Assembly (NCBI RefSeq): GCF_001194135.2
Contig: NC_068994.1
Location: forward strand, 59,519,463-59,583,462
From: Octopus bimaculoides
Lineage: Eukaryota
DNA length: 64,000 nt
Direction of reading: 5' to 3'
Each line of letters begins with the position of its first letter. Within the stretch, counting starts at the first letter, position 1. Positions 13,716 through 25,779 of this stretch are shown here, in pieces. The translations under genes and the position numbers were made by a program. The notes under the pieces are model-generated. The model saw only the letters and a program-made list of their open reading frames with translations, made no database searches and was not told the DNA's origin.

Positions 13716-13784
13716 ATTTTCTTTCTTCCCATGTTTTTTTAATGATGGTGTTTTTTATAACCGAAGTGAATTATTTGCTTTCAG

Positions 13785-13934
13785 GGCCTCAACTTCCAGT
13801 CGGCAAACCTGTCGAAACTCGATCTACGGTCGGTAAATTTCAAGTATGCAATCCTTAGAAAGGCTAACCTATCTGGAGCCAACCTATCATTTTGTAACTT
13901 TGAAAGGTCTGACCTTTCTGGAGCTATCTTAGAT
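13785..13934 (+). CDS. KCTD9: KCTD9 exon 9 (pentapeptide repeats; GLNFQSANLSKLDLRSVNFKYA...)
   Basis: tttcag| and |gtaagt; 150 nt, phase 0 to 0; A(N/D)LxxA pentapeptide periodicity. Confidence 0.95.
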
Positions 13935-14528
13935 GTAAGTTGTTGTCATTGCTCCAACTAAACCTTCATTGAGTAGATTTGTCATAGAATGCATTGTAGC
14001 TGTGGCCATCCTGTCTTTTGTTTTTCAGCCATAATGTATCCAGGACTATAGTCTTTGGTGAGTTCTTCCTTGATATTAGACATCCAGAAATATAGAATCT
14101 TCTAAACTTGTCTCAGCCATTTGGATTGACCAGACTGTCTGATGTTATACATCACTGCTTACAGTGTGATTTGCATTGTTTTTTAACTTTTGAATGATGC
14201 TATCCTTCTGGTTAGGCAAGCAGGCCAACCTTTGCCCCGATTGGAAGGTTAAGCTCATCATGGGGTGGTCACCCATTTACAGCTGAATGGACTGGAGCAA
14301 CACGAATGAAGTGTTTTGGCTAAGAACACAACATCCTGCTTGGTCCAGAGATCGAACCCATGATCTAGCGATTGTGAGTGCAACACGTGTGTGTGCATGC
14401 ATGCGTGTGTGTATGTTTTTTTAATTTACTAGATATATTTATCGATGTGTATATTTCCATGTAATGTAGCCGCTGCTTGCTACAACTTGTTAGCTCAAAG
14501 TCTATGGGTCGTTGCTTTCTTCTTGTAG

Positions 14529-14634
14529 TGTGCCAACTTACAAGGAATCAAAATGGTTTGTGCCAATCTGGAAGGTTCCAGCTTGTGTAGTTGCAACTTT
14601 GAGGATCCTGCTGGTCACCAAGCCAATATGGAAG
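14529..14634 (+). CDS. KCTD9: KCTD9 exon 10 (CANLQGIKMVCANLEGSSLCSCNFEDPAGHQANME)
   Basis: cttgtag| and |gtaagg; 106 nt, phase 0 to 1; CNFEDP motif of KCTD9. Confidence 0.95.
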
Positions 14635-14680
14635 GTAAGGCAGTCAGGCATACATACGTACGGACGGACGTACATATGTA

Positions 14681-15470
14681 TTGGGTCATCCCATAAATAA
14701 TGTGGGTTTTTTTTAATACTTTTTTTATTTTTCAAATTGACGATAAAAAAAATTCCTTCTTTTAATCTAAAATTTACTCTCCTTCATTTTCTACAATGAT
14801 CTTCAATCTTTCTGGTAGACTTGCAAGACCCCTCTTCTACAGAATTCATATTTTTTCCATTCAAATGATTTTGAAGACTGTGGAATAAATGATAATCAGG
14901 TGGGGCAATGTCTGGTGAATATGGTTGGTGGGGCATCGTTTTCCATTCAAACTGCTCCAACCTTTGGAATGTCATCCTTGCTGTAAGTGGCCAAGCATTA
15001 TCCTGATGGAAGAACACCTTTCATCTGGAAACCAAAGATGGTCATTTTTCTTCTAGCGCTGACTTAAGCCACTCAAACTGCTCACAGATCTCCTTTGGTA
15101 TCGTTTAGTTTGGGTTTAAAAGTTCAAAGTGGACTAAACCTTTCATATCTCACCAAACAGATAACAACACCTTACATGGGTGAAGACCTTCTTTAGCCTG
15201 GGGTGCTGGTATTTCTCCTTTCCCTACCCACTGTCTTCGGTGCTTGACATTTTTATAGAGAACCTATTTCTCATCACCAGTCACTATTCGGTCAAAACAA
15301 CGTTCATTCGTGAGACGTGACAGCAGAGAAGAGCAGACATTCACTCTCTGCATGCGATTAGATTCGGAAAGTTTGTGAGGAACCCATCGATCCAATTTGC
15401 TGACTTTTCCGATGGCATGCAGGTGTTTGGTCCACCACTCCAATTGTGTCTGCCAACTCACTCCTGTCGC
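14681..15470 (-). mobile_element. Mariner transposon remnant with one TIR
   Basis: WVPHKL, IVTGDEK, HQDNA, HQPYSPDIAPPDYHLF (DD34D mariner motifs); TA followed by TIR-like ttgggtcatcccataaataatgtggg at 14681. Confidence 0.92.
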
Positions 15471-15528
15471 ATGATTAGGTCAATAATAATTTCTTAGATT
15501 CGAAGGCTATAAGATGATTACTGGCTAT

Positions 15529-15571
15529 ATTCTGCTGATGAATTCTAATAAGACTGAAACATGTTCAGAGT
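15529..15571 (+). ncRNA. Minimal type I hammerhead-ribozyme-like motif (degenerate)
   Basis: attctg-CTGATGA-attctaataagact-GAAAC-atGTT-cagagt: 6-bp stem I, stem II with one mismatch, 2-bp stem III with palindromic ACATGT. Confidence 0.55.
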
Positions 15572-15831
15572 CATCACTATATTACCAAAGATTGAACCTT
15601 CTCTTGACTACGTTCTAGTTTCAATTTCAAAACCAAAGTTGTTCCCCCTCGACCATAATTTGTCGTTAATATAAAGACTGATTTCTCATTATAGGAGTAA
15701 TTTTAATTCATTAAAATTCATTGATTCACTACATTCAATATGTTAGAGCCCACTTCATTAAATACTGCACAGCTTTTAGTTGCCACATTGTTTTTGCTAC
15801 TCCAACATTTAATAACATTTTCTTCCATCAA

Positions 15832-16051
15832 GGCGGCAACCTGGCAGAAACGTTAGCACGCTGGGCAAAATGCTTAATGGTATTTCGTCTGTCTTTATGT
15901 TCTGAGTTGAAATTCCGCTGAGGTTGACTTTGCCTTTCATCCTTTCGGGATTGATAAATTAAGTACCAGTTGCATACTGGGGTTGATCTAATCGAACGCC
16001 TCCCCCTCCCCCAAAATTTTGGGCCTTGTGCCTAGAGTAGAAAAGAATATT
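15832..16051 (+). mobile_element. Near full-length tRNA-derived SINE (Octopus-type) in KCTD9 intron 10
   Basis: Colinear with the copies at 48080 and 10240. Confidence 0.88.
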
Positions 16052-16473
16052 TTGTTCCAAATGAAATGCCTCAATACATGACACTGGGAACATTGTATAA
16101 ACCAGTTTTAAATCTTCTGATACTTTGTTTCACAAGCCATCATTTCATGTCGCTTTCTATGTACACACCTTCTTGTTGCTATCTTTAATGTTGAAGACGA
16201 GACTGCAGTATCATCATCATCGTTTAACATCTGCTTTCCATGCTGGCATGGGTTGGATGGTTTGAATGAGGACTGGCAAGCCATGAGGCCACCCCAGGCT
16301 CCAATCCGATTTGGCAAGGTTTCTACAGCTGGATGCCCTTCCTAATGCCAACCACTTCGAGAATATAGTGGTTGCCTTTTACGTGCTACTAGCATGGGAG
16401 CCAATCAGGCAGCACTGGCAATGATCATGCTTCAGTCTCACTCGAATGGTGCTTCTTATGTGCCACCGGCACG

Positions 16474-16597
16474 GGTGCCAGACAGGTGGCTCTGGTCAGG
16501 TGCCAGACAGGTGGCTCTGGTCAGGTGCCAGACAGGTGGCTCTGGTCAGGTGCCAGACAGGTGGCTCTGGTCAGGTGCCAGACAGGTGGCTCTGGTC
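16474..16597 (+). repeat. 25-bp perfect minisatellite (ggtgccagacaggtggctctggtca) x~5, running into a gap
   Basis: Direct inspection; arises inside a SINE-like element; gap 16598-17014. Confidence 0.95.
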
Positions 16598-17407
16598 NNN
16601 NNNNNNNNNNNNNNNNNNNNNNNNNNNNNNNNNNNNNNNNNNNNNNNNNNNNNNNNNNNNNNNNNNNNNNNNNNNNNNNNNNNNNNNNNNNNNNNNNNNN
16701 NNNNNNNNNNNNNNNNNNNNNNNNNNNNNNNNNNNNNNNNNNNNNNNNNNNNNNNNNNNNNNNNNNNNNNNNNNNNNNNNNNNNNNNNNNNNNNNNNNNN
16801 NNNNNNNNNNNNNNNNNNNNNNNNNNNNNNNNNNNNNNNNNNNNNNNNNNNNNNNNNNNNNNNNNNNNNNNNNNNNNNNNNNNNNNNNNNNNNNNNNNNN
16901 NNNNNNNNNNNNNNNNNNNNNNNNNNNNNNNNNNNNNNNNNNNNNNNNNNNNNNNNNNNNNNNNNNNNNNNNNNNNNNNNNNNNNNNNNNNNNNNNNNNN
17001 NNNNNNNNNNNNNNAAGAAGTTTGCTTCCCAGCCTTGTGGTTTCAGGTTCAGTCCCACTGTGTGACACCTTGGGTGAGTGTTTTCTCCTCTGGCTTTTGG
17101 TCTGATCAAAGACTTGAGGCTGGGCTGGATTTGGTAAACAGAAACTGAAAGAAACCCATTGTGTGTGTGTGTGTGTAATTTAGCCCCAAGCCAGCAATAA
17201 TCAAAGAGAGATTTGACCCAATTGAAGTGATGCTTCAGCACAGTTTTCAGCCCCTGGATACACTTATGTGACTCTGGTGAAACTCCAGTGTTTCCATGGT
17301 TATCATGGCTGTGGATGTGTGAAATGGCAACATTGAATCCACGACTTTTCAGGTTTGTTAGTTTTCATTATGTTTATTAATTCTGTTCCTTTTCCTTCGG
17401 TTTGCAG

Positions 17408-17541
17408 GTGCCCAGATGAAGAATGTCATCTTGGAAGGCAGCCATATGGCTAGCGTCAATTTACGGGTGGCAACATTGAAGAATGCAAATTTAAAGAACT
17501 GTGACCTACGGGGTGCTGTGCTGGCTGGTGCTGATCTTGAG
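17408..17541 (+). CDS. KCTD9: KCTD9 exon 11 (GAQMKNVILEGSHMASVNLRVATLKNANLKNCDLRGAVLAGADLE)
   Basis: tttgcag| and |gtaaag; 134 nt, phase 1 to 0; NLRVATLKNA motif. Confidence 0.96.
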
Positions 17542-18118
17542 GTAAAGCAGAATCAGTTTGCCAAAAGTCAGTTCTTTTGCTCACATATTCCTCACCCGGG
17601 TGGAATTGGGTGACGGCGGTTTATATTTAACAATCTACTCTGCTTTGCAAGATTGGATATCAGGGTGTGTGTGTGTGTGTGTGTGAGAAAGTGTCTGTGT
17701 GTGTGTATGTGTGTGAGAGTGTAAGTGTGTGTGTGTGCATGTTTCCTCATAAGAGACTCTTAAGAGAAGTTGAGTTTTGTTTCATGGTTTCTGAACAAAC
17801 TGGAGAAACATCTTCCTACAGACAGGAGACCAGTTGATTTCAGGTCACAATTCCAGATGCTCTTCTCTCCAATTAAATATTCTGTTCAAAGACATTTTTT
17901 GCCCTTAAATTATAAGCAAAGAATTGATGAACCACATGGTCAGTACCACTTCCACTCTGTGATCTCACTTCACACACCTCCCTAAATACCCTCCTCTAAA
18001 CTTTAATCGATGTGCAGGCATTTAAAAAGTTTGACTTATGTTCAAACATTCAAAAAATAATTATGTCAAAACATGTATATTAAGTATAATTAACAAAAAT
18101 TTCATTTTCTCTTTTCAG

Positions 18119-18235
18119 AACTGTGACCTTTCAGGCTCCGACTTGCAGGATGCAAACCTGCGTGGAGCCAACCTGACTGGTGCCACGTTCAAGTTAATGC
18201 TGAATGCACTTCATATGTCACAGACGTTGCGCTGA
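18119..18235 (+). CDS. KCTD9: KCTD9 terminal coding exon 12 (NCDLSGSDLQDANLRGANLTGATFKLMLNALHMSQTLR*)
   Basis: ttttcag| acceptor; 117 nt ending TGA; C-terminus LHMSQ..R as in KCTD9; the 11 exons sum to 1182 nt in one open frame. Confidence 0.96.
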   Translation, partial: NCDLSGSDLQDANLRGANLTGATFKLMLNALHMSQTLR

Positions 18236-18717
18236 CACGTGCATGCCCCTTCTCTGGTGCCAGCTGGAGAAGGGGCGAGGGCTGCAGTGGTGCCGTCCGA
18301 TCATGAAAATTAACGAGCAATGATTCTGTGTACAGAACAAACGAACAAGGAAGGAAACAAAGAATGGTGACAAAAAAAAGCCAGAATGTTCCGTCGAAAT
18401 AGAACCAAAACAAAAAAAAAAACCAAATGAAAGATTTAAATTATATTTAGACTGAAGAAGCATATCAACAAAACTGTAACATTCCCTCAACTCTATGTTT
18501 GATCCAAAACGTGTCCAGTAAGCGGCACCAATCTTGCTATTGGGCAACAATTGCTGTTTCTTCATTGTCTCTCTCTCTCTCAGCTTCCATTAGGACATGC
18601 CTTTCCTTTACCCACCGACCCCAACCACTCAGGAGCCAGGATGTATTGACCCTTATTTTCTCATTATTATTGATTCCACATTTATCTTGGAGATGGAATG
18701 GGGGGTGGGGATATAAC

Positions 18718-18723
18718 ATTAAA
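18718..18723 (+). terminator. Candidate KCTD9 polyadenylation signal (ATTAAA)
   Basis: ATTAAA ~480 nt after the stop, followed by a T-rich tract; no transcript evidence. Confidence 0.3.
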
Positions 18724-20103
18724 ATAGCTGATCTATTTACGCATTTTTATTTTATTTTAAACGTTTATTGGTTTCAGGTCTCACAAAATGTTTCACTTAA
18801 CACATAAAAGCAATAATTTCTTGCTGTTTCACAGAATTAAAGATTTCAACTGATTCCTGCAATCTTTCAGCTCGTCTCCTCAAGCTTCCAGCTGGTCCCT
18901 ACAAAATTTCAGTTTGCCCCTATCTGCCAAGCACTCAACCGACCCCTTCAAATATTTAGCTGATCCTGTAATTTTTCAACCGGTCCCTGCAAGATCCTTG
19001 GGGTTTACGTTTGGGCTTTATGGGATTCCAACTGAACCCTGCTATTGCTGCTACAGTTTGGTTCCATGCTTTGTTTGACCTTTTGGATTTTTTTTTTTAC
19101 TAGCTGTAACACAAGTTTCAGAAACACACCCACACACTCACAAAACACGTACATACATAGACAATGTCAAATATGTTTACATACAATGATGATGATGATG
19201 CAAACACATATGTGTGGCATGTAAAAAGCACCATCTGAACATGGCTCCTGTGCCAGTGGCACGTAAAAAGCACCATCCAAATGTGGCTGATACCAGTGCC
19301 CCCTGACTGGCTCCCGTGCCGGTGGCATGTATAAAGCACCCACTACACTCTCGGAGTGGCTGGCGTTAGGAAGGGCTGGAGCCTGGTGCAGCCTCCTGGC
19401 TTTCCAGACCTCAGTCAAACCGTCCAACCCATGCCAGCATGGAAAGCGGACATTAAACAATGATGATGATGATGTACAGATATATCAGTGAGGGTGCATG
19501 GCCTAGTGGTTAGGCTATTGCACTCACAGTCTACCGATCATGTGTTCAATTCCTAGGTCGGGTGGTTCGTTGTGTTCTTGAGCAAGACACTCCACCTCAT
19601 GTTGCTCTGCAATCACTTTGACACCTGACGCATGGCACACTGTGACACTTGTTCAGACAATGTCGATCTGATGGAGAGAACAAGGAGCTAAGGTGTGGCA
19701 CGAATATTTTGATCTCTTATAAACAAATCATTTGTGTAGGTTGTTCGGCAAAAGCTAAATGTCGTCGTTGACGGGAGAGTCCGTCATATATATCATCATC
19801 ATCATCATCATATTTATAAATATATATGTATGTATATATGTATCATCATCATCACCATCGTTGTATTTAGATATATTTGATATTGTCTATATATGTATGT
19901 GTATTGTGTGTGTGTGTTTTTCTGGAAGTTGTGTTACAAAGAAATAAGTGTTATTCCTTTGTTTACAAAGATGATTCTGTGACGTGTTGACACATGATAA
20001 AGACAAAAAACATGGATGTATTTTCGTGGTGGACTGCAAGTAAACGGCTTCATTAGGGAAGCCATTGTTTATCACCAACACATAAACATACAGGAAGATC
20101 TGA

Positions 20104-20139
<36 letters not shown>

Positions 20140-20589
20140 ACAGTTCCAACCAGAAAATCCACTCAGGAGTCTTTGTTTAGCCTAGGGCTATAGTGGAAGA
20201 TACCTGCACAAGGTGCTGTGCACTGAAACAGAACCCAAGACCACTGCGTTGCAAAGCAAGCTTCTTAATCACACACACACACACACACACACTGAGAACT
20301 GTGATGATATTGGTAGATTGTTATATAACAGAGGAGGAGGTGCTGGTGTATGCAAGGAGCCGACACTGGATTTTTGTGAACTAAAATTTAAAATATAAAA
20401 GCAGTTATTTATTTCATGTCTGTCCCTTAATGGTGGTAATTGTCATTGAGCAATGTTGTTGCCTCCAGCATCATTAAAAGGATGGATTACCACCACCCAA
20501 TGATGACAATATTTCTCTGCATTCTTATATTTTGGTTTAATGCTTCATAACACAAAGCAAAACTATTTTGGGGTTTTAGTCCTAGTTTG

Positions 20590-20915
20590 GGAACGGATTC
20601 TCCTTTTTCAATGGGTGCCAACCATTGTTGCTTTTACCTGGAAATGATTATACAGAATCCCCGTTTCATCACTTGTCATGATTCTACCCAGGAAAGGTTG
20701 AAAGGTAGCAAGTCTATTCTTCAACGATGAGCAAAGGGCTTCTCTCTGATGAAGCTGAGAAGCAGTTTGATGATGAGACCCACTCACCCCACTTTTTAGA
20801 CTGGTTTTTCTTAGTTCATGAAAGTGTGTTATGACCAAAGTCTGACTTGAATCTAACTCTTTTGCTACTTCTCATGCAATTTGCTTTGGATTTTCCTCAA
20901 ATACGATTTTCAGAA
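20590..20915 (-). mobile_element. Second mariner transposase remnant
   Basis: EENP...EVAKEL...CSSLKNR...PFLGRIMTSDETGILYN resembles mariner PFLxRIVTGDEKWILYDN. Confidence 0.75.
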
Positions 20916-21152
20916 GGTATCGCTTGTATTTAAATTACATTTTTTAATGTATTACACATATAAACAAACATGTGTCCATACATGTGCATACGCGCGTGCA
21001 CACACACACACGCACACACACACAAAGTTTTCAGGTTAAATTCGACAGCTTCAATAAAAGAAAAAGAAAACAATATCCAATCTAAAAAAATACAAGTATT
21101 TAAAAAAAAACACCAAAAAATATCAACAAGATTATGGCTGAGAGACGACAGT

Positions 21153-21893
21153 TTACTCAAAATGGCTGCCCTTAGCCTCCAGCATGGCCTCAAAACTTCT
21201 CCGGAACTTGGTGCATGCATTCCTCACTGTGTTCCTGGGAAGATCTTCAAAGAACTTCTTGATCTTGGTTTTGGTGTTGCAGGCAGAGCAACTGGTGTCT
21301 TTCTCAACCATGCCTCACACATAAGTAATCCATGGGATTACCTTTGCAGGGATTAGGAGGCCAGATAGTGGGGCTGGTGAACTCATAGAAATTCTCCGAC
21401 TGCTACTTTTGACACTTTTTGGAACTATGGCAAAGAACCAAATCCTACTGCCACACATATGGCCTTTCAGCAACAGCCCTCTTTTGCCAGGGATTGGCCA
21501 CAGTCTCCAGCGGCTTCAAGTAGCTGTTTGAATTGAGCCTAGTGCCCCGTTTAAAGCTTTGGGGTTGAATTCTAGCGTGCGGACGTAGTCGAACGCCTGC
21601 TGTGTCCCATCCTGCTGGCTACAGCTTCGTAGCCTCAGTTACAGATGTCCATGGTACATCTCACAGCCTTCACAATGTTCACAGAGCATCGAGCAGCAGT
21701 CATGATGTTGGCATTTTGATACCCAGCATGAGTCATGGCACTAACAACTCTTGTCCAGTATTCAGACGGCCTCCAATTAACTCTTTCTAAACTAATCTTT
21801 ATGCTCTCCAACACCGTTGACTGTTCACTAATATGGCAAGAGCTGTTCGTGAAAACAGGAGACATAAAATTGTCAAAATTTTGCCGAACGCGT
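21153..21893 (-). mobile_element. maT/mori-type (DD37D) Tc1-mariner remnant, internally deleted
   Basis: RPYVWQ*D..CHSSKKCQK*QSENF...IWPPN...NPMDY...RNACTKFRRSFEAMLEAKGSHFE*; N-terminal HTH-like part at 21635-21830. Confidence 0.78.
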
Positions 21894-21894
21894 G

Positions 21895-21990
<96 letters not shown>

Positions 21991-22013
21991 GTATAGATAT
22001 GTATGCATGTATG

Positions 22014-22047
<34 letters not shown>

Positions 22048-22989
22048 CGTGTGTGTGTGTGTGTGGTAAGTGACAGCAGTTGGTTATATGTTTGCGATGT
22101 TCGTGATAATCCGCCGTGAAATGTCAATGTGTATCTGACGTCATTATTTCCAAGATGAGAAAGGAAGTCCAGCAATAAGGTAAAAACGACTGTGGGTCAT
22201 AACCTTTTGGGGCACTCGCTTTTACACACACGCACACACACATGCACACATGCATAGACACACCTAAGGAAGAACACACACGTTACACAATACATACATA
22301 CACATGCACACACACATGTGTGCGTGCATGTGTATGTGTGTGTTTGGTATATATCACAGTATAAGTTTTATATATTCATACATACGTGTGTATTATGTAT
22401 ATATTATATAATAGAGGGTATCAATGTGTGTGTGTGTGTGCGCGCTCGCGCTCGGTAAACGCAATATAGTGGAATAGTTAAGAAATTCATGTCAGCTCCA
22501 CGAGGTCCGAGGGTCGATACGAATGTTAAGCAATTTCCTTTATCATCAACATGTGTGCGTATGTATACATACGCATACATATATATATGTATGCGTACAT
22601 AATTTCGTGGATATATGTGCGTCTAAGTATAATTATGTATATACACAAGACGCACACATTAACTGTTTTCGAAATATTTCTTTACAACTGAAACAAGAAG
22701 GCAATTTCATACGAAAAGATGTCCGTGTGATATCGCTTGTCAAATGTTTAAGACATTTGGAATATTACTGGGAGAATTAAAAATGAAGTAAACACGGGAG
22801 CTTGAAACAGCCGTTATTACACAAGTCTCACGTAAGCTTTTATTTAAAAAGCACACAGAGATAAACGTTTTCTTCATAACTTTAAATAATATTTCAAAAA
22901 TATTTTCAAACGGCAAATATTTCAAAGGAAAAGTTGATGATTGGAAATATGTAACTCGGAGTACTGCAAATAGGAGCCTTTTAGTCATA

Positions 22990-23412
22990 ATGTATTAAAG
23001 AATATTCTACACTTGCACAGAGTCCCGTAATTTATCGCTTCTGGTGAATCAACTGGAAGCTAGGAGCTTCCTGACATTAACTAAAAGACTTTTCCTTAGA
23101 GCCAATAAGCATTATGAACTATTCAATCCCATAATGTTAAGGTCAGTTACTCCTGCTAAGCGAACATCACTTCAAATATTGCACGCTACTATAGATGCGA
23201 ACACACATAAACAACCTTCAGTTCACACCCAAACCTGTAAAATTTCGAAATCCAATCAACTGCCCACCGGTGGATGTGGGGGATCCTGCATCTCAAAAGG
23301 AGTAGTTTATAGAGCCACTCTCACACCATCCGATGGCATTACAAGACACTCTACGGACATGATAGCCAACGCCTTTAAAGAAAGGTAAACACAACATATG
23401 CACTCCTTCAGG
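22990..23412 (+). mobile_element. Penelope-like element remnant (linker plus GIY-YIG; Naiad-like motifs), continuing at ~23900-24110 after a SINE insertion
   Basis: LFNPHNVKVSYSC* and GSCISKGVVYRATL...NAFKER*TQHMHSFR resemble PLE FNxxxVKxSYSC and GxCLxxxVVYxATV...FKxRxxxHxxSF. Confidence 0.75.
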
Positions 23413-24149
23413 TGCAGAGTTTTTCTTTTATTTGTTTCAGTAAACTGACTGTGGTCATGCTGGAGCACTGCCTTTTAGTCGAAGAAATCGACCCCAGAAC
23501 TTATTCTTTGCAAGCTTGGTGATTATTCTATCGGTCTCTTCAGCCGAACCGCTAAGTTACGGAGACGTAAACACACCAGCATCGGTTGTCAAGCGATGGT
23601 GGTGGTGGTGGTTGTGGTGGGGGTGTGTGTGTGACAAACACAAACGTAAACAAACACATATAAATATAAACATATATATACGACGGGCTTCTTTCAGTTT
23701 CTGTCTACTAAATCCACTCACAAGGCTTTGGTCGGCTCGAGGCTATAGTAAAAGACACTTGCCCAAGGTGCCACGCAGTGGGACTGAACCTGGAATCATG
23801 TGGTTGGAAAGCAAGCTTTTTACCACACAGCCACGCCTGCGCTTATAGGAAAAAAATCAGGAAAAATTCTATTTATATCCCGCTTCATCTGGAGACTCCG
23901 CAATCATCTTTATTCATCTGGAACTTACAATTGACAATTCTGACCCTGAAAAAGACTCCACCAACCTGAAGTATCTATCAACAAGAAGAATGTTAATGAA
24001 TTTCAATCTACTGACCTTTCAATATTATTAAAGCAATTGTTGATTGTTGACAAAAGTGGAGTTTGATCGAAGCAACAACGATAAAAACCTCACAAGTGTA
24101 AGGTTAATAACTGTGGTAGATGTCAATATGTCCTGGGTGTGATTGTATC

Positions 24150-24690
24150 CAGAGGTAGGGCTCTGGTTTGCGAGTTGCAGGGCTTTGAGGAGAGTGGAAT
24201 CACTTCTTAGCCATTATTTTTGCCAGCGCTACTCTGGCTCGGAGTTGTAGCATCTGTCAGGATCCCAGTTAAATGGGTTAATTAATAAATCAATCGGACC
24301 AATGGAAATCGTTAGCTGGTCTGAGGGAAAGGGAAACTGTGGCGTCAAACCTTTGCCACTCTGCAGCCATACCTTGACATGGGAGTAATCCCTGATGAAA
24401 AATCAGGAGTTGGAGCCCTTGAAGCAGTTCTGGCAACTCTCATGCAACGACACTGGTGCCAAATTGCAACGGGCATGCTGTTCTTCTGAATACATCAGTG
24501 ACGTGGAGAATGGGGACACGCTGTATGGGCAACAACCTGCCCTCCATACCATACTGTCCAGGCTTAGAATCTGTCGAACACTCAATGGAGGAGAAATAGA
24601 AGCGGACAACGCTGTTCCAGCGGGGCGGACAACTAGAACACTCATCCATGATAGACCGACGATAAAGAGGTGTTAATCTATTGATGATGG
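24150..24690 (+). mobile_element. Probable 5' region of an RTE-type LINE
   Basis: GC-richer block resembling recalled RTE 5' UTR/leader sequence; no decisive protein motif. Confidence 0.35.
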
Positions 24691-25207
24691 TCATTATATG
24701 AACATAAAGAGCGGAAGAAAAATATTTACAAATGAAATATGAACTGTAAAAACAAATCTGATTTATTGTATTAGATTATTAACAAGTATAAATATATTGG
24801 CCAGAAAGAAAATAAATTATCAGAGGATACTGGCAACACATTTGAAACCCCAATGTCAAACAGTTTCCACAAAGTGGTCATTTGGAAATAAGAGAACATT
24901 TTTGAAAAAGAACGGGAAAAAAGAGAGGAAAAAAGAAGAAATTTATTGAGAAGTTCCAACCAGTTTTGAATTGATAACAAGATTAATTTTAAAAAATAAT
25001 ATTCACCCAAAAAATTATTGCAATATTGAAAATAGTTTATAAATTATCTCCCTTTAACTACACCATCTTGTAATATTTTTTGACGCCATGTTTATAATTA
25101 CATGAAGACTTGTAAAACATGGAATTTCTCGTGAAAATAAAATTAAAATAATAAAAGGTAAAAATCTGGTTATAGTGGAAATCAATTGTTGTTATAGGTT
25201 TTAATAA

Positions 25208-25256
<49 letters not shown>

Positions 25257-25271
25257 GGTCTATCTATCTAC

Positions 25272-25307
<36 letters not shown>

Positions 25308-25779
25308 TTGTTTGTTTGTCTGTCTGTTTAGCTGCCTCTCTGTCGATTCTGTCAATACAGTTAGCCATTCAAACTTATGATGACAATAAAATTCTTATTG
25401 TTCATTGTCACACAATTCTGATATTACAGCATTTAACAATGTTTAACGTCAAAGACGCTATATTCATACACCCACCCGAACACCCAACCAATCACCGCCT
25501 TTCCACCGCCCACATAAGTTTGATTTATCAATTATTGGCCTATTAATAGTGTTTTGTTTCGGTGCTTCATGGTGCTACTATACAATATATATATATATAT
25601 GTATATAATTGATTTTAGTACTGTTATAGATAGCTGTAAAAACCTTGTATTTGTATATCGATTGATTTTAATTAGCACTGTTATAGATAATTGCATTTAT
25701 ATACAATGTATGTACACACACAAACACACACACACACACTATATACAATACAATGTCATCATAATTTAACATCCATTTT

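Noticed and set aside
16474-16597. 25-bp repeats as a CRISPR array
   Set aside because: Head-to-tail units with no spacers, eukaryotic context, no cas genes
17253-17352. AG...GT-bounded segment just upstream of KCTD9 exon 11 as a cassette exon
   Set aside because: 100 nt would shift the frame, and the translation shows no pentapeptide similarity
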